The translations under genes and the position numbers were made by a program. 64,000 bases of DNA from Candidatus Sericytochromatia bacterium (GTDB taxonomy: Bacteria; Cyanobacteriota; Sericytochromatia; S15B-MN24; JAQBPE01), in assembly GCA_035285125.1 (NCBI GenBank), contig JAYKHR010000145.1:27725-91724 (forward strand), in the 5' to 3' direction. Positions 29,228-38,262 of this stretch are shown here, in pieces (positions within the stretch are counted from its first letter, which is position 1; each line of letters opens with the position of its first letter). Under the pieces are notes generated by a model, which searched no databases, was not told the origin of the DNA, and was given only the letters and a program-made list of their open reading frames with translations.

Positions 29228-29560
29228 ATGGGCGATGAGGCCTGCTCGAAGCATGGCGCGCTGGAAGAGCTCCAGGCGCGCGCCGCGCTGGGGCGTGAGA
29301 TCCTGCTGCGGCCGATCGCCAGCGAGGCAGACCTCGTGGCGGCCCAGCAGGCTCGCGTGGAGTGGGTGCTGCGGAACAAGCGCCTGCTGCACCAGCTGAT
29401 CGGCGAGGCCGCTTCCCAGGTGCGGTTCTCCCCCTCGGCGCCGACGGAGATGCCGCTTAAGCCGAAGCTCGAGGACCACGTCCGCGAGTTCCAGAACCAG
29501 ATGATCGCCGGCATCACGGACCTCGACCGCCTGATCGCCGCGCTCGGCCGGGTGCAGTGA
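29228..29560 (+). CDS. Hypothetical protein
   Basis: GGAGGA RBS before the ATG; GC3-biased ORF. Confidence 0.65.
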   Translation: MGDEACSKHGALEELQARAALGREILLRPIASEADLVAAQQARVEWVLRNKRLLHQLIGEAASQVRFSPSAPTEMPLKPKLEDHVREFQNQMIAGITDLDRLIAALGRVQ

Positions 29561-29675
29561 GGCGGCCTGACCGCGTCGCCCGCAGTAAAATTAACGGAAC
29601 TTTTACAGGTCGATAAGAAACCCGGGCCGACCCGCCCCGGATAACCCTCCTGTCGCCCCGCCGCCAGGAGCCGCC

Positions 29676-30377
29676 GTGTCCGTCATCAGCCGCCTGTTCC
29701 AACCTGTCGGGCGCCGCCTCGAGGCTGGCTTTGGCCGCCTGGTCGGCCGAAAGGCCTCCCAGGAGACGGGCGAGCAGGCGGCGCGGACGCTCGGTCGGGA
29801 CGTGGTGCGGACGAGCGGGCGGTGGGGCCTGCTGCGGGGGGCCACGCCCCCTGCCAACCCCGCCTTCACGGCCGCGCTGGACGCTGCCAAGGCGATGCTG
29901 AAGCAGAAGGGCAAGTACCACAACATCTCGGGCTCGCTGCAGGACGCCCTCGCCCAGGCCACCAGCACCGGTGAAGCGCTTCAGGTGGCGGCGCTGGCCC
30001 GCAAGCTGGCCGTGGGCTACAACCAGGCCCACCGCGGGGTGCTGACGGACGCGCTGGCCCAGGGCGCGGCCCGGGCCCAGGTCACGGATGAGGCCTTCGA
30101 CGTGATCCGGCACGTGGTCAAGACCCGCCAGGAGGCCTACGCCCTGTTCAACGTCTCGGAGAAGCGCAAGCTGGTGGAGACGGCGGTGACCCGCTACATG
30201 GCGGTCGGGGAGACCGAGCTGCCCGTCGACGAGCTGGCGCGCAAGGTCGTGAAGCTCGTCCAGCCCAGGCTGGATCAGGCCTCGACCCGCGCCACGATCC
30301 GCCGCGTGAGCGGGCTCGAGGCGCAGGCCGAGCGGGTGCAGGCCGTGACGAACTTCATCCACAAGGCGCTCTCCTGA
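29676..30377 (+). CDS. Hypothetical helical protein
   Basis: AGGAG RBS before GTG; codon bias. Confidence 0.75.
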   Translation: MSVISRLFQPVGRRLEAGFGRLVGRKASQETGEQAARTLGRDVVRTSGRWGLLRGATPPANPAFTAALDAAKAMLKQKGKYHNISGSLQDALAQATSTGEALQVAALARKLAVGYNQAHRGVLTDALAQGAARAQVTDEAFDVIRHVVKTRQEAYALFNVSEKRKLVETAVTRYMAVGETELPVDELARKVVKLVQPRLDQASTRATIRRVSGLEAQAERVQAVTNFIHKALS

Positions 30378-30403
30378 GCCCGAGGCGGCCGGGTATATAG
30401 CGG

Positions 30404-31096
30404 GTGCCCGCTTCCCGGAGGCCCGCCTTGCGTCCAGTGTCCCTGCTCATGCTCAGCCTGCTGGCCACCTTGGCCGGCTGCAACCCGGCCCCCTGCCCGG
30501 TGGTGACCTCGCCCCCGACGGGTGGCGTCATCCAGGGCCAGGTGCGCGGCACCGACGGCCGCCCCGTGGAGGGCGCCACCGTGATGGCCGCTGACGCCAC
30601 GGGCGCAGCGATCCCAGGCACCATGCGGGCCCGCACGGACGCCCAGGGCAGCTACTGGGCTGCCCAGCTCCCCCCCGGCTTCGCCTACGTGCTGGTGGCG
30701 CGGCCCCCCGACGGCAAGGGGCCGCTGCTCTCCACGCTGGGGCGCCCGACCGAGCAGGCCGCGGCCCCCACAGACATCACCCGCGCCACCACCGTTCTGA
30801 CGCTCGGCACGATGCGTGGCCGCGCCGGGATGCCTGGCGCCTTCAGCCCGGAGGCCTGGGCGCTCGCGGTGCAACGCGTCGAGCTGGCCCTCGAGTCCGA
30901 GCAGGCGCCGGACCTCGCGGACGCTGCGGCCGTGGAGGCCTGGCTCAGGCGCCAGGGCGAGGGTGACACCACGCTCCGGGCCAGCGTGGCGCAGCTCAAC
31001 CAGGAGCTGAGCGCCGGGGGGGCCCGGGAGCAGGTCGAGGCCCAAGCGGGCAACCGCCAGTCCGACCCCCTCGACGCCCTGAAGCCGATTTACTGA
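30404..31096 (+). CDS. Lipoprotein with carboxypeptidase-regulatory-like (Ig/transthyretin-like) domain
   Basis: LAGC lipobox; IQGQVRGTDGRPVEGATV...RTDAQGSY. Confidence 0.75.
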   Translation: MPASRRPALRPVSLLMLSLLATLAGCNPAPCPVVTSPPTGGVIQGQVRGTDGRPVEGATVMAADATGAAIPGTMRARTDAQGSYWAAQLPPGFAYVLVARPPDGKGPLLSTLGRPTEQAAAPTDITRATTVLTLGTMRGRAGMPGAFSPEAWALAVQRVELALESEQAPDLADAAAVEAWLRRQGEGDTTLRASVAQLNQELSAGGAREQVEAQAGNRQSDPLDALKPIY

Positions 31097-31105
31097 GCCA
31101 CCGCC

Positions 31106-31900
31106 ATGACTGCCTCGACCCGACGCCTTGCCCCGCTGCTCGCCCTGGCCGCCTGCCTGGGCGGCCTCCCTGCCTGCGAGGCTGACACCCCGCCGTGCGC
31201 CCCGGCGGCAAACCGCCCCCTGCCGGGCACCCTGCTGGGCGGCCAGGCCCGCATCCCGACGTCCCTGGCGGTCAGTGGGGCCCCGCCGGGCCTCGACTAC
31301 GAGGTGCCGGTGAACGGCGGCGAGGTCTTCCTGGCCGACGCCGCGGGGCGCGCGCTGCCGGGCAGGGTGGCGTTGACCAGCCCAACTGGCGCCTGGCAGA
31401 TCGCGGGCGTGCCAGCGGGCCAAGGCTTCGGCGTCGTCGTGGTGGCCAGGAGCGCCCAGGGCAAGGACTTGCTGCTTCGCAGCCTCGCACGCACGGGGAG
31501 CCAGGGTGGCACGGCGGACGTCAACGCGGCGACCACCATCGCCACGCTGGGCCTTTGCGATGGGCTGAGCGGGCCCGTGGGGGAGTTCGACCGCACCACC
31601 TTCGACCGGGTCGTGGCCCAAGTCTACGGCCGGCTGCCCGCCGCGAGCCCGCTGGATCTCACGGACGCCACCGGCGTCAAGGACCGCTTCCGGGGCTGGA
31701 TGGCCCAAGATGCGGAGCTGAAGGCGATGGCCGACCGCCTGCGGGCCGAGATCGCGCGCCCCCGCGTCGGCCTTCCGGAGCAGATCGCACTGCTGCTGGC
31801 CGCTCAAGGGCTCCCGACGACCCAGCCCCCCGCCGCGGCGCGCACGCCCGGGCCAACCCCGACCCCGACCCCGACCCCGACGCCCGAGCCGGAGGAGTGA
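31106..31900 (+). CDS. Hypothetical lipoprotein, distantly similar to the upstream gene, with a Pro-Thr tail
   Basis: LPAC lipobox; ALTSPTGAW...DVNAATTIATL parallels RTDAQGSY...DITRATTVLTL. Confidence 0.7.
   Translation: MTASTRRLAPLLALAACLGGLPACEADTPPCAPAANRPLPGTLLGGQARIPTSLAVSGAPPGLDYEVPVNGGEVFLADAAGRALPGRVALTSPTGAWQIAGVPAGQGFGVVVVARSAQGKDLLLRSLARTGSQGGTADVNAATTIATLGLCDGLSGPVGEFDRTTFDRVVAQVYGRLPAASPLDLTDATGVKDRFRGWMAQDAELKAMADRLRAEIARPRVGLPEQIALLLAAQGLPTTQPPAAARTPGPTPTPTPTPTPEPEE
31856..31879 (+). repeat. (ACCCCG)x4 tandem repeat encoding a Pro-Thr linker
   Basis: Seen directly; in frame. Confidence 0.8.
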
Positions 31901-31912
31901 CGGCGCCGCACC

Positions 31913-32935
31913 TCAGAACCTGAGGCCCAGGCCCCCCGTCACCGTGCTCGGGCCCTCGAAGCCCAGGCGCAACTCGGCGTGGCCGGAGAGCGCCCCCCAG
32001 CCCAGGCGCACGCCCGTGATCGCCTCCGGCACGACCACGGCGGGGTTGTAGCCCCCCGACCAGAGCGTGCCGAGGGTCACATGGGTGCCGCCCAGGCCGA
32101 CATAGACCGGCCCGTTGGTCAGCAACGCGGAGTGTAGCCGCATGAAGCCGACGTCGAGGGGCCCTGTCCGATCGAATCGGGTCCGGCCGTACTCCCCGCC
32201 CAGCCTCAGGGAGATCCAGTCGTGGAGTTGCACGCGGTAGTGCAGGCCCGCGATGGGGAAGCTGACGCGCGAGAGGTGCATGCCGGCGACGAGTTCCACG
32301 TGGTGCCGCGTCCCGGGTGCCGGCCTCGCCGCAGCGAGCTTCGGCGTGGCCGGGGGGCGCGGGTTCCGACGCCACATCCCGTCCTCTGGCGGGGAGGAAC
32401 CGACGCGGCCGGCGCGCGGCATCGGCATCGCGATGACGGTGCGGCTCGGCTCCAGCATGGGCTGGAGGTTTGCATGACCTTGCGTCACGCTGTAGTCGTA
32501 GGCCGTGAAGCCGTCGTGGCTCAGGCGCTCGCGGCTGGCCCCACGGGAGAGCAAGAGCCGCACGACGGTGTCCTGGCCATTCCAGGCTGCCAGCATCAGC
32601 GGGGTGTAGCCGTTGCCGTCCCCGACGTCGACGGTGGCGCCGCGATCAAGCATGTAGCCCGCCAGCACGACGTACCCCCGGAACGCCGCCCAGTGCAGCG
32701 GCGTGTAGCCGTTCTCGTCCCGCGCGTTGAAGCTGGCCCCGCGGCGCAGGGCCTCTTGCATGGCCCGCAGGTTGCCCGAGTAGACCGCCACGATCAGGTC
32801 CTGATCAGCCGCCTCGTCGGCCCGGGCGGGCTGTCCGGGCAGGCCGACGACGAGGGCCGCGGCCAGTGCCAGCGAGGCGACGGGACGGAGGGCTCGCGCG
32901 GAGATTCTCGAAGCTTGCGAGGTCATCAGCACCAT
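31913..32935 (-). CDS. Secreted ankyrin repeat protein with C-terminal beta-rich (barrel-like) domain
   Basis: Signal peptide; GYTPLHWAA, GYTPLMLAA, GFTAYDY; C-terminus GLGLRF. Confidence 0.82.
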   Translation of the reverse strand: MVLMTSQASRISARALRPVASLALAAALVVGLPGQPARADEAADQDLIVAVYSGNLRAMQEALRRGASFNARDENGYTPLHWAAFRGYVVLAGYMLDRGATVDVGDGNGYTPLMLAAWNGQDTVVRLLLSRGASRERLSHDGFTAYDYSVTQGHANLQPMLEPSRTVIAMPMPRAGRVGSSPPEDGMWRRNPRPPATPKLAAARPAPGTRHHVELVAGMHLSRVSFPIAGLHYRVQLHDWISLRLGGEYGRTRFDRTGPLDVGFMRLHSALLTNGPVYVGLGGTHVTLGTLWSGGYNPAVVVPEAITGVRLGWGALSGHAELRLGFEGPSTVTGGLGLRF

Positions 32936-33099
32936 TCAAGCACACCCTTGGGGGGGTGTGGGAGCCCGGGCACTCAGGGTGGGGGCAAGAAGACCTCGGG
33001 CGCAACCGCAAGGCCTCCCGGCGTGGCGACGCACCGCGTCCGACCAGGGCCGGGCTGGAAGCCCTGAGAGACGGCCGTGGCGCGGCTGAAGCGCCTCCG

Positions 33100-34152
33100 T
33101 CACGCCCCCTCCCCCTCGGGCGCCAGCGCGCGCAGCAGGGCAGCCTGCACCTCGGCCGTCGAGGCGGAGCCGCCGAGGTCCGGCGTGAGCACCTGGCGCG
33201 CCGCCGTCACCCGGGCAATCGCCCGGAGCACGTCCACGGCGGCCTGCCGCTCGCCCAGCGCGTCCAGAACCAGCGCCCCGGCCCAGCAGGCGCCGATCGG
33301 GTTCGCCATCGCGTGGCCGGCGAGGTCGGGCCTGGGCCCGTGGGTTGGCGCCAGCAGCGGCGGCGCCTGGCCCGAGGGGTCGAGGAAGGCCGCCGCCGGG
33401 ATGCTCGCCCCCCCCTGCAGCGCATCGAGGATGCCGTCGATCGGGCCCACGAGGGCCGCGGGCGCGACCACCACGTCCACGGCGTGGGGGTGCGTGAGCA
33501 GCGCCCCCAGGAGCTCGGGCAAGGGCGTGAGCCGCCACATCACCTCCGGGGCGCGCTCGCCCGCGTCCGCGATCGCCTCGCGCCACAGCCTGCCCCAGGC
33601 GTCATCCGGCCCAGGCTCCACGACGGCATGCAGCAGCCGGCGGGGCCTGCGGCCGGCTACCGTGAAGGCCTGCGCCGCGAGCGCGGAGGCCGCAGCGGGC
33701 GACCAGCGCGCCGTCCGGGCCAGCACCCCCTCGGCCTCCTCGGCCAACGTCCCCTCCTCAGGCTCGGCAGGGCTGACGAGGAGCCCGTCCAAGGCCCCTG
33801 CAAGCGCCGACGTGAGCGGCGTGGCCAGGCCCGGCCAGGCGCGCATCGGGCGCACCCGCATCCGGTGGCCGAGCCCGCGCCGCAAGAAGACGTCCAGCGC
33901 CACCCCGCTGGCCTGACGCGGCGGGGCCGCCGCGCCGAGGAGCACGGCCTCGAAGGTGCGGAGCGCGTCGAGGCTGTCCGGGGGGGCGGGCGCCCCCGTG
34001 GTGGCGGCGAGCCGCTCCCCCCAGGGCATCGTGAAGAACTCGAAGATGACGCGGTGGCGCAGCGCCGCCGCGTCGATCAGCGCGGCGGCGACGGGCACGA
34101 CCTCGGGCCCGATGCCGTCGCCCGGCAGGAGCGCCACACGGCGGCGACGCAT
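33100..34152 (-). CDS. Isocitrate/isopropylmalate/tartrate dehydrogenase family protein (degenerate active site)
   Basis: LLPGDGIGPEV, AVLLGA, HG.RPDLAG..ANPIGA, TPDLGGSAST. Confidence 0.85.
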   Translation of the reverse strand: MRRRRVALLPGDGIGPEVVPVAAALIDAAALRHRVIFEFFTMPWGERLAATTGAPAPPDSLDALRTFEAVLLGAAAPPRQASGVALDVFLRRGLGHRMRVRPMRAWPGLATPLTSALAGALDGLLVSPAEPEEGTLAEEAEGVLARTARWSPAAASALAAQAFTVAGRRPRRLLHAVVEPGPDDAWGRLWREAIADAGERAPEVMWRLTPLPELLGALLTHPHAVDVVVAPAALVGPIDGILDALQGGASIPAAAFLDPSGQAPPLLAPTHGPRPDLAGHAMANPIGACWAGALVLDALGERQAAVDVLRAIARVTAARQVLTPDLGGSASTAEVQAALLRALAPEGEGA

Positions 34153-35003
34153 CAGCCGCCCTGCGAGGCGCCGCCGGCCCAGGCCGCCACGGCAGCCCTC
34201 GCCTCGCGCGCCGGGCCCTCGGCAGCAGGGCCCAGCGAGAGCCAGCCGTCGAACTCTCCCGCGGCCAGCGCCTCGACCACCAACCGCGCGGCCAGGTGGG
34301 ACGCGGCTGGCAGCGCGAAGACGCCGCGACGCAGCGCCTCCTCCAGGCCGAGGCCATGGCGCAGCACCGTGTCCAGCACGGCCGTGTCCAGGCCCTGCAG
34401 GTGGACGTGCCGGAGCCGCCAGCGCCACGTCTCGACCGCGCCGGCCGCATTGCCCCCCCCATAGGCCACGTGCCCGGTGTCGAGCGACAGCCCGACCAGC
34501 TCGGCCTCGGTGCCGTTGAGCAGGCGCTTGAGCTCGACGGGCGTCTCGATCCAGCTCCCCGCCCGCGGGGCGAAGGCCAGCGCGAGGCCCCGGCTGCGGC
34601 AGCGCGCCCCGAGCTCGTCGAGGGCCTCGGCCAGGTTGCGCCACTCCTCGTCCCGCAGGCCCCTGGCGCCAGCATCCTGGACCCTGCCCGCGACGCGCAG
34701 CCGCGCGGGCACGCCGGGCTCGCTGACGACCAGCACCCCGCAGCCCCGGGCCGCCAGGGCGTCGAGGCGGGGGTTGAGGCCGTTCAGCGCCTCGGCCACA
34801 GCCTGCCCGTCGGTGAGGCCCGGCGCCCATGTGGCCACGACGGGGCCCGGCGCCGCAGCCAGCGGGAAATCCTGCAGGGCCGCCTCGAGCGGCAGCACCA
34901 CCCCGTCAAACCCGGCAGCCGCCGCGCCCGCCAGCGCCTGGGGCCACGCCGAGGCCTCGGCGGCCCCTTCGCCCAGCTGCAGCGCGACGCGCAGGGGGCT
35001 CAC
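34152..35003 (-). CDS. IolE-like sugar phosphate isomerase/epimerase TIM-barrel protein (degenerate)
   Basis: GSWIETPVE..RLL, LSLDTGH.AYGG, RHVHL; GTG start overlaps the upstream stop. Confidence 0.75.
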   Translation of the reverse strand: MSPLRVALQLGEGAAEASAWPQALAGAAAAGFDGVVLPLEAALQDFPLAAAPGPVVATWAPGLTDGQAVAEALNGLNPRLDALAARGCGVLVVSEPGVPARLRVAGRVQDAGARGLRDEEWRNLAEALDELGARCRSRGLALAFAPRAGSWIETPVELKRLLNGTEAELVGLSLDTGHVAYGGGNAAGAVETWRWRLRHVHLQGLDTAVLDTVLRHGLGLEEALRRGVFALPAASHLAARLVVEALAAGEFDGWLSLGPAAEGPAREARAAVAAWAGGASQGG

Positions 35004-36502
35004 GGCCGGCCTCCGACCGCCAGGCCGAGCCCGGGGGCGGGCTGCGCGAAGGCGCGTGCCACGAAGCCCACCAGGCGCCGCTCGAACTCGGCGGGCTGGT
35101 GCACCGCGCTGTTCGCGTGCCCCGCCCCTGGCGCGAGCCAGAGCTCCTTGTCCACGCCGCTCCCGGCCGTCAGGTAGAGCATGCGACTGTTCTCCGGCGC
35201 CACGAGAGGGTCCTGCGCCCCGTGGACGATGAGCATCGGCCGCGGCGCCACCCGAGCAATGTGACGGATGGGCTCCGCTTCGCGCAAGTCCACCCCATAC
35301 ACCCGCCGCACGCGCTCGATGGTCGCCGCCGCCGCCAGCACGGGAGAAGGCAAGAGCGCCGCGGCAATGAAGCCCGAGAAGGCCTGCTGGACGGTCGCAA
35401 AGGCGCAGTCGTCGACCAGCCCGCGGACCCCAGGGTGCAGCGCGGCGCCCCGGATGGCCGTCGCCCCCCCGAGGCTCGTGCCGTAGATGGCTACCGACCG
35501 CAGGCCACGCGCCTCGAGCCAGCGCAGGGCCGCCGCCACGTCGCGCGTCTCGTGCAGGCCATAAGTGGTGAGCGTGCCCTCGCTCTCCCCGTGGCACCGC
35601 AGGTCCATGACCAGCTGGTTGGCATGGGGGGCGAGCATGGCCACCTGGCCGTGCCGCACGTACGACGCCCGCGTGTCGTCGATGCCGTGGTAGAGGAGCA
35701 CCGTGTGCGGCGTCGGCACGCGGGCGGGGATGTACCAGCCCCGGAGCGTGAGGCCGTCCTCGGCCTGCAAGACCACGGGCTCGTAGGCGAGGCCGAACCG
35801 CGCCGGCGTCTCCTTGATGGGCAGGCGCTTGGGGAAACAGGCCTTCCGCACCGCGATGCGGCTCACCACGCCGAAATAAGCGCCGAGGAGGCCGCGCCCC
35901 ACCGTCCCGGCCAGGCCCCGGCCCTCCCGAGGCAGGCCACCCAGCGCGAGGTAAAGGTCCCGCGCCTCTGGTGCCGCCAGCTGTCCATCGCCATCGCCAT
36001 CCGCTGCGGCGAAGGCATCGAGCGCCCCCTCCCAGCCGGCCAGTTCGGTCAGGGCGCGCCACTCGCGCCGGCTGACCCGCCCATCGCGGTCCGCATCGGC
36101 CTGCGCCTGCACGGCACGCACCATGGGCTCGAACGCGGGCAGCAGGGCCTCGGCGCCCGCCCGATCCAGGGGATAGCGCCACTCTGCTGGCTCGATCGCG
36201 CCCGACCGGTCCCGGTCGAAGGCCTTGAACTGGGCAACATCGAACCCGGTCTCGGCGCCTGACAGCACGCCGTCGCGGTCGAGGTCAGCAGCCACAAGGG
36301 CCGCGTCCACGGCCTCTGCGCGGTCGACAGCCGAGGCGGCGACCGCCCGCGTGGGCCAGCGGGAGGCGAGTGGCGGGGTCGGCAGGCGGGCACAGCTCGT
36401 CGCGCCCAAGAGGGCCATCAGGAGCGCGGCCCCCAGGCGCGCCCGGGGGAGACGCCCGGCGGGGCGCTCGCCCAGAGACAAGGATTTCCAGATTAACTTC
36501 AA
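35000..36502 (-). CDS. EF-hand-containing alpha/beta hydrolase (probable lipoprotein); start uncertain
   Basis: DLDRDG, DRDRSG, DADRDG and DGDGDG loops; DGLTLRGWYIP, HGESEG, GTSLGG, HGAQDP, GAGHA. Confidence 0.82.
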   Translation of the reverse strand: MKLIWKSLSLGERPAGRLPRARLGAALLMALLGATSCARLPTPPLASRWPTRAVAASAVDRAEAVDAALVAADLDRDGVLSGAETGFDVAQFKAFDRDRSGAIEPAEWRYPLDRAGAEALLPAFEPMVRAVQAQADADRDGRVSRREWRALTELAGWEGALDAFAAADGDGDGQLAAPEARDLYLALGGLPREGRGLAGTVGRGLLGAYFGVVSRIAVRKACFPKRLPIKETPARFGLAYEPVVLQAEDGLTLRGWYIPARVPTPHTVLLYHGIDDTRASYVRHGQVAMLAPHANQLVMDLRCHGESEGTLTTYGLHETRDVAAALRWLEARGLRSVAIYGTSLGGATAIRGAALHPGVRGLVDDCAFATVQQAFSGFIAAALLPSPVLAAAATIERVRRVYGVDLREAEPIRHIARVAPRPMLIVHGAQDPLVAPENSRMLYLTAGSGVDKELWLAPGAGHANSAVHQPAEFERRLVGFVARAFAQPAPGLGLAVGGRP

Positions 36503-36569
36503 GAGACCTCCGACTTAATCCCCCCCTATTCTACCCCCTGCCCGCAAGTCCACCTCCCGGAGCGGATCC

Positions 36570-36815
36570 GTGAGCGCCACCTTGCTGCAGATCGCCTCGA
36601 GCCTCGCCTGGGCCGCCTTCGACGCAGCCCGCAAGGCCCTCGGGCAACGCCTCTCGCCCGTGCCGCTGCTCGTGGGCCTGTGCGCCGGCCACACCCTGCC
36701 GCTCGGGGCCTGGCTGGCCTGGCAGGGCCTGCCGCCCGTGGGCCCGGGCTACATGGCGCCGGCGGCGGCCTCAATCGCCGTGATGGCTCTCGGGGTCTGG
36801 GTCCTGCTGCACTGA
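36570..36815 (+). pseudogene. Short membrane ORF resembling an internally deleted EamA/DMT transporter
   Basis: SSLAWAAFDAARK resembles a DMT N-terminus, but the ORF is only 81 aa. Confidence 0.35.
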
Positions 36816-36894
36816 CGAGCCCCCCCCCAGGCTTGTGTCACGTCGGGTCGCGTGCTATTGTGATGCGTTGGGCAGCGACGCAATGGGGCGTGGG

Positions 36895-37710
36895 ATGCAG
36901 TTCTTCCAACCCGGCACGCTCGACGAGGCCTTGCAGATCAAGGCCCAACACGGCTCCGGCGCCTTCTTCCTGGCGGGCGGGACCGATCTGGTCGTGCTCC
37001 GCAACCGGGGGCGCGTGAAGGGCCACGTCTGGATCGACCTGAGCCAGGTGCCCGGCCTCGACGGCTTCCTCGAGGCAGATGGTTCCCTGCACATCGGCGC
37101 CCGCTGCCCGCACGGCAGCCTGGAGCGTAGCCGCTTCACGGCCCTTGCCGAGGCGGCCGCCTCCGTGGGGGGCCCCCAGATCCGGCACCGTGGCACCGTG
37201 GGCGGCAACGTGGGGAACGCCAGCCCGGCCGGCGACGTCTCCGTGGCCCTGCTGGCCCACGACGCCGAGGTCGAGCTGCGCAGCCTGCAGGGCACCCGGT
37301 GCCTCAAGCTCGACGCGTTCTTCCTGGCGCCGGGCAAAACGGCGATCGCCCCCGACGAAATCATCACGGCGTTTCGGGTGCCGACGGACGTGCGCTCGGC
37401 CTGGTTCAAGGTCGGCAAGCGAGAGGCGACGGCCATCTCCGTGGTGGCGGCGGCCGTGGGGGTGCGGGCAAGCGGGGCCGTCCACATCGCGCTCGGCTCC
37501 GTGGCCCCGCGTCCCATCCGCGTCCCTGCCGCCGAGGCGATGCTGGCCGAGCGCGGGCTCTCAACTGAGACGGCGGAGCTGGCGGGGGCCCTGGTGCGTG
37601 AGGCCGTCAGCCCGATCACGGACGCGCGGGCCTCGGCGGACTACCGCCGGGACCTGGCGGGCACGCTCGTCTCCCGCCTGCTCACAGGCCTCATCGCCGC
37701 ACCCGTCTGA
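36895..37710 (+). CDS. Xanthine dehydrogenase/CoxM family FAD-binding subunit
   Basis: LAGGTDL, GGPQIRHRGTVGGNVGNASPAGD, PITDARASADYR. Confidence 0.92.
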   Translation: MQFFQPGTLDEALQIKAQHGSGAFFLAGGTDLVVLRNRGRVKGHVWIDLSQVPGLDGFLEADGSLHIGARCPHGSLERSRFTALAEAAASVGGPQIRHRGTVGGNVGNASPAGDVSVALLAHDAEVELRSLQGTRCLKLDAFFLAPGKTAIAPDEIITAFRVPTDVRSAWFKVGKREATAISVVAAAVGVRASGAVHIALGSVAPRPIRVPAAEAMLAERGLSTETAELAGALVREAVSPITDARASADYRRDLAGTLVSRLLTGLIAAPV

Positions 37711-37732
37711 CGCGCCCGACAGGAGGCCCCGG

Positions 37733-38248
37733 ATGCTGATCGAACGCTCGCGCGAGATGTCCGGAGAGCCCTCCTGGACGGTCGCCTTCACCCTCAACGG
37801 GCAGCACAGGACGCTGGCGCTCGACCCGACGTGGACGCTCTACGAGGTGCTCCGCGAGCAGCTGGACCTGATCGGCACCAAGGGGGCCTGCCTGGAAGGC
37901 GAGTGTGGCTCTTGCACCGTGCTGGTGGACGGCGTCTCGATGAACGCCTGCCTGATCATGGCGCCCCAGGTCGAGGGCAAGGAGGTGGTGACGGTCGAGG
38001 GGCTCGGCACCCAGGGCCGGCTGTCGCCCGTGCAGCAGGCCTTCGTGGAGTGCGGGGCCGTCCAGTGCGGCTACTGCACGCCGGGCCTGCTCGTCGCGGT
38101 CGAGGGCCTGCTCGCCGAGCAGCCGAGCCTCGATGCCGACACCATCCGCAAGGGCCTCGAGGGGAACATCTGTCGCTGCACCGGCTACATGAAGATCCAG
38201 CAGGCTGTCGAGCGGGCCTGCGCCCTGCGCCAGCAGGCACCAGCATGA
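37733..38248 (+). CDS. Xanthine dehydrogenase/CoxS family (2Fe-2S) subunit
   Basis: GTKGACLEGECGSCTV, QCGYCTPG, GNICRCTGY. Confidence 0.94.
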   Translation: MLIERSREMSGEPSWTVAFTLNGQHRTLALDPTWTLYEVLREQLDLIGTKGACLEGECGSCTVLVDGVSMNACLIMAPQVEGKEVVTVEGLGTQGRLSPVQQAFVECGAVQCGYCTPGLLVAVEGLLAEQPSLDADTIRKGLEGNICRCTGYMKIQQAVERACALRQQAPA

Positions 38249-38262
38249 AGGAGGGCCCGGCC

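Noticed and set aside
31856..31879. Phase-variable repeat or CRISPR
   Set aside because: An in-frame hexamer encoding a Pro-Thr linker; no repeat-spacer array or cas gene is in the window.
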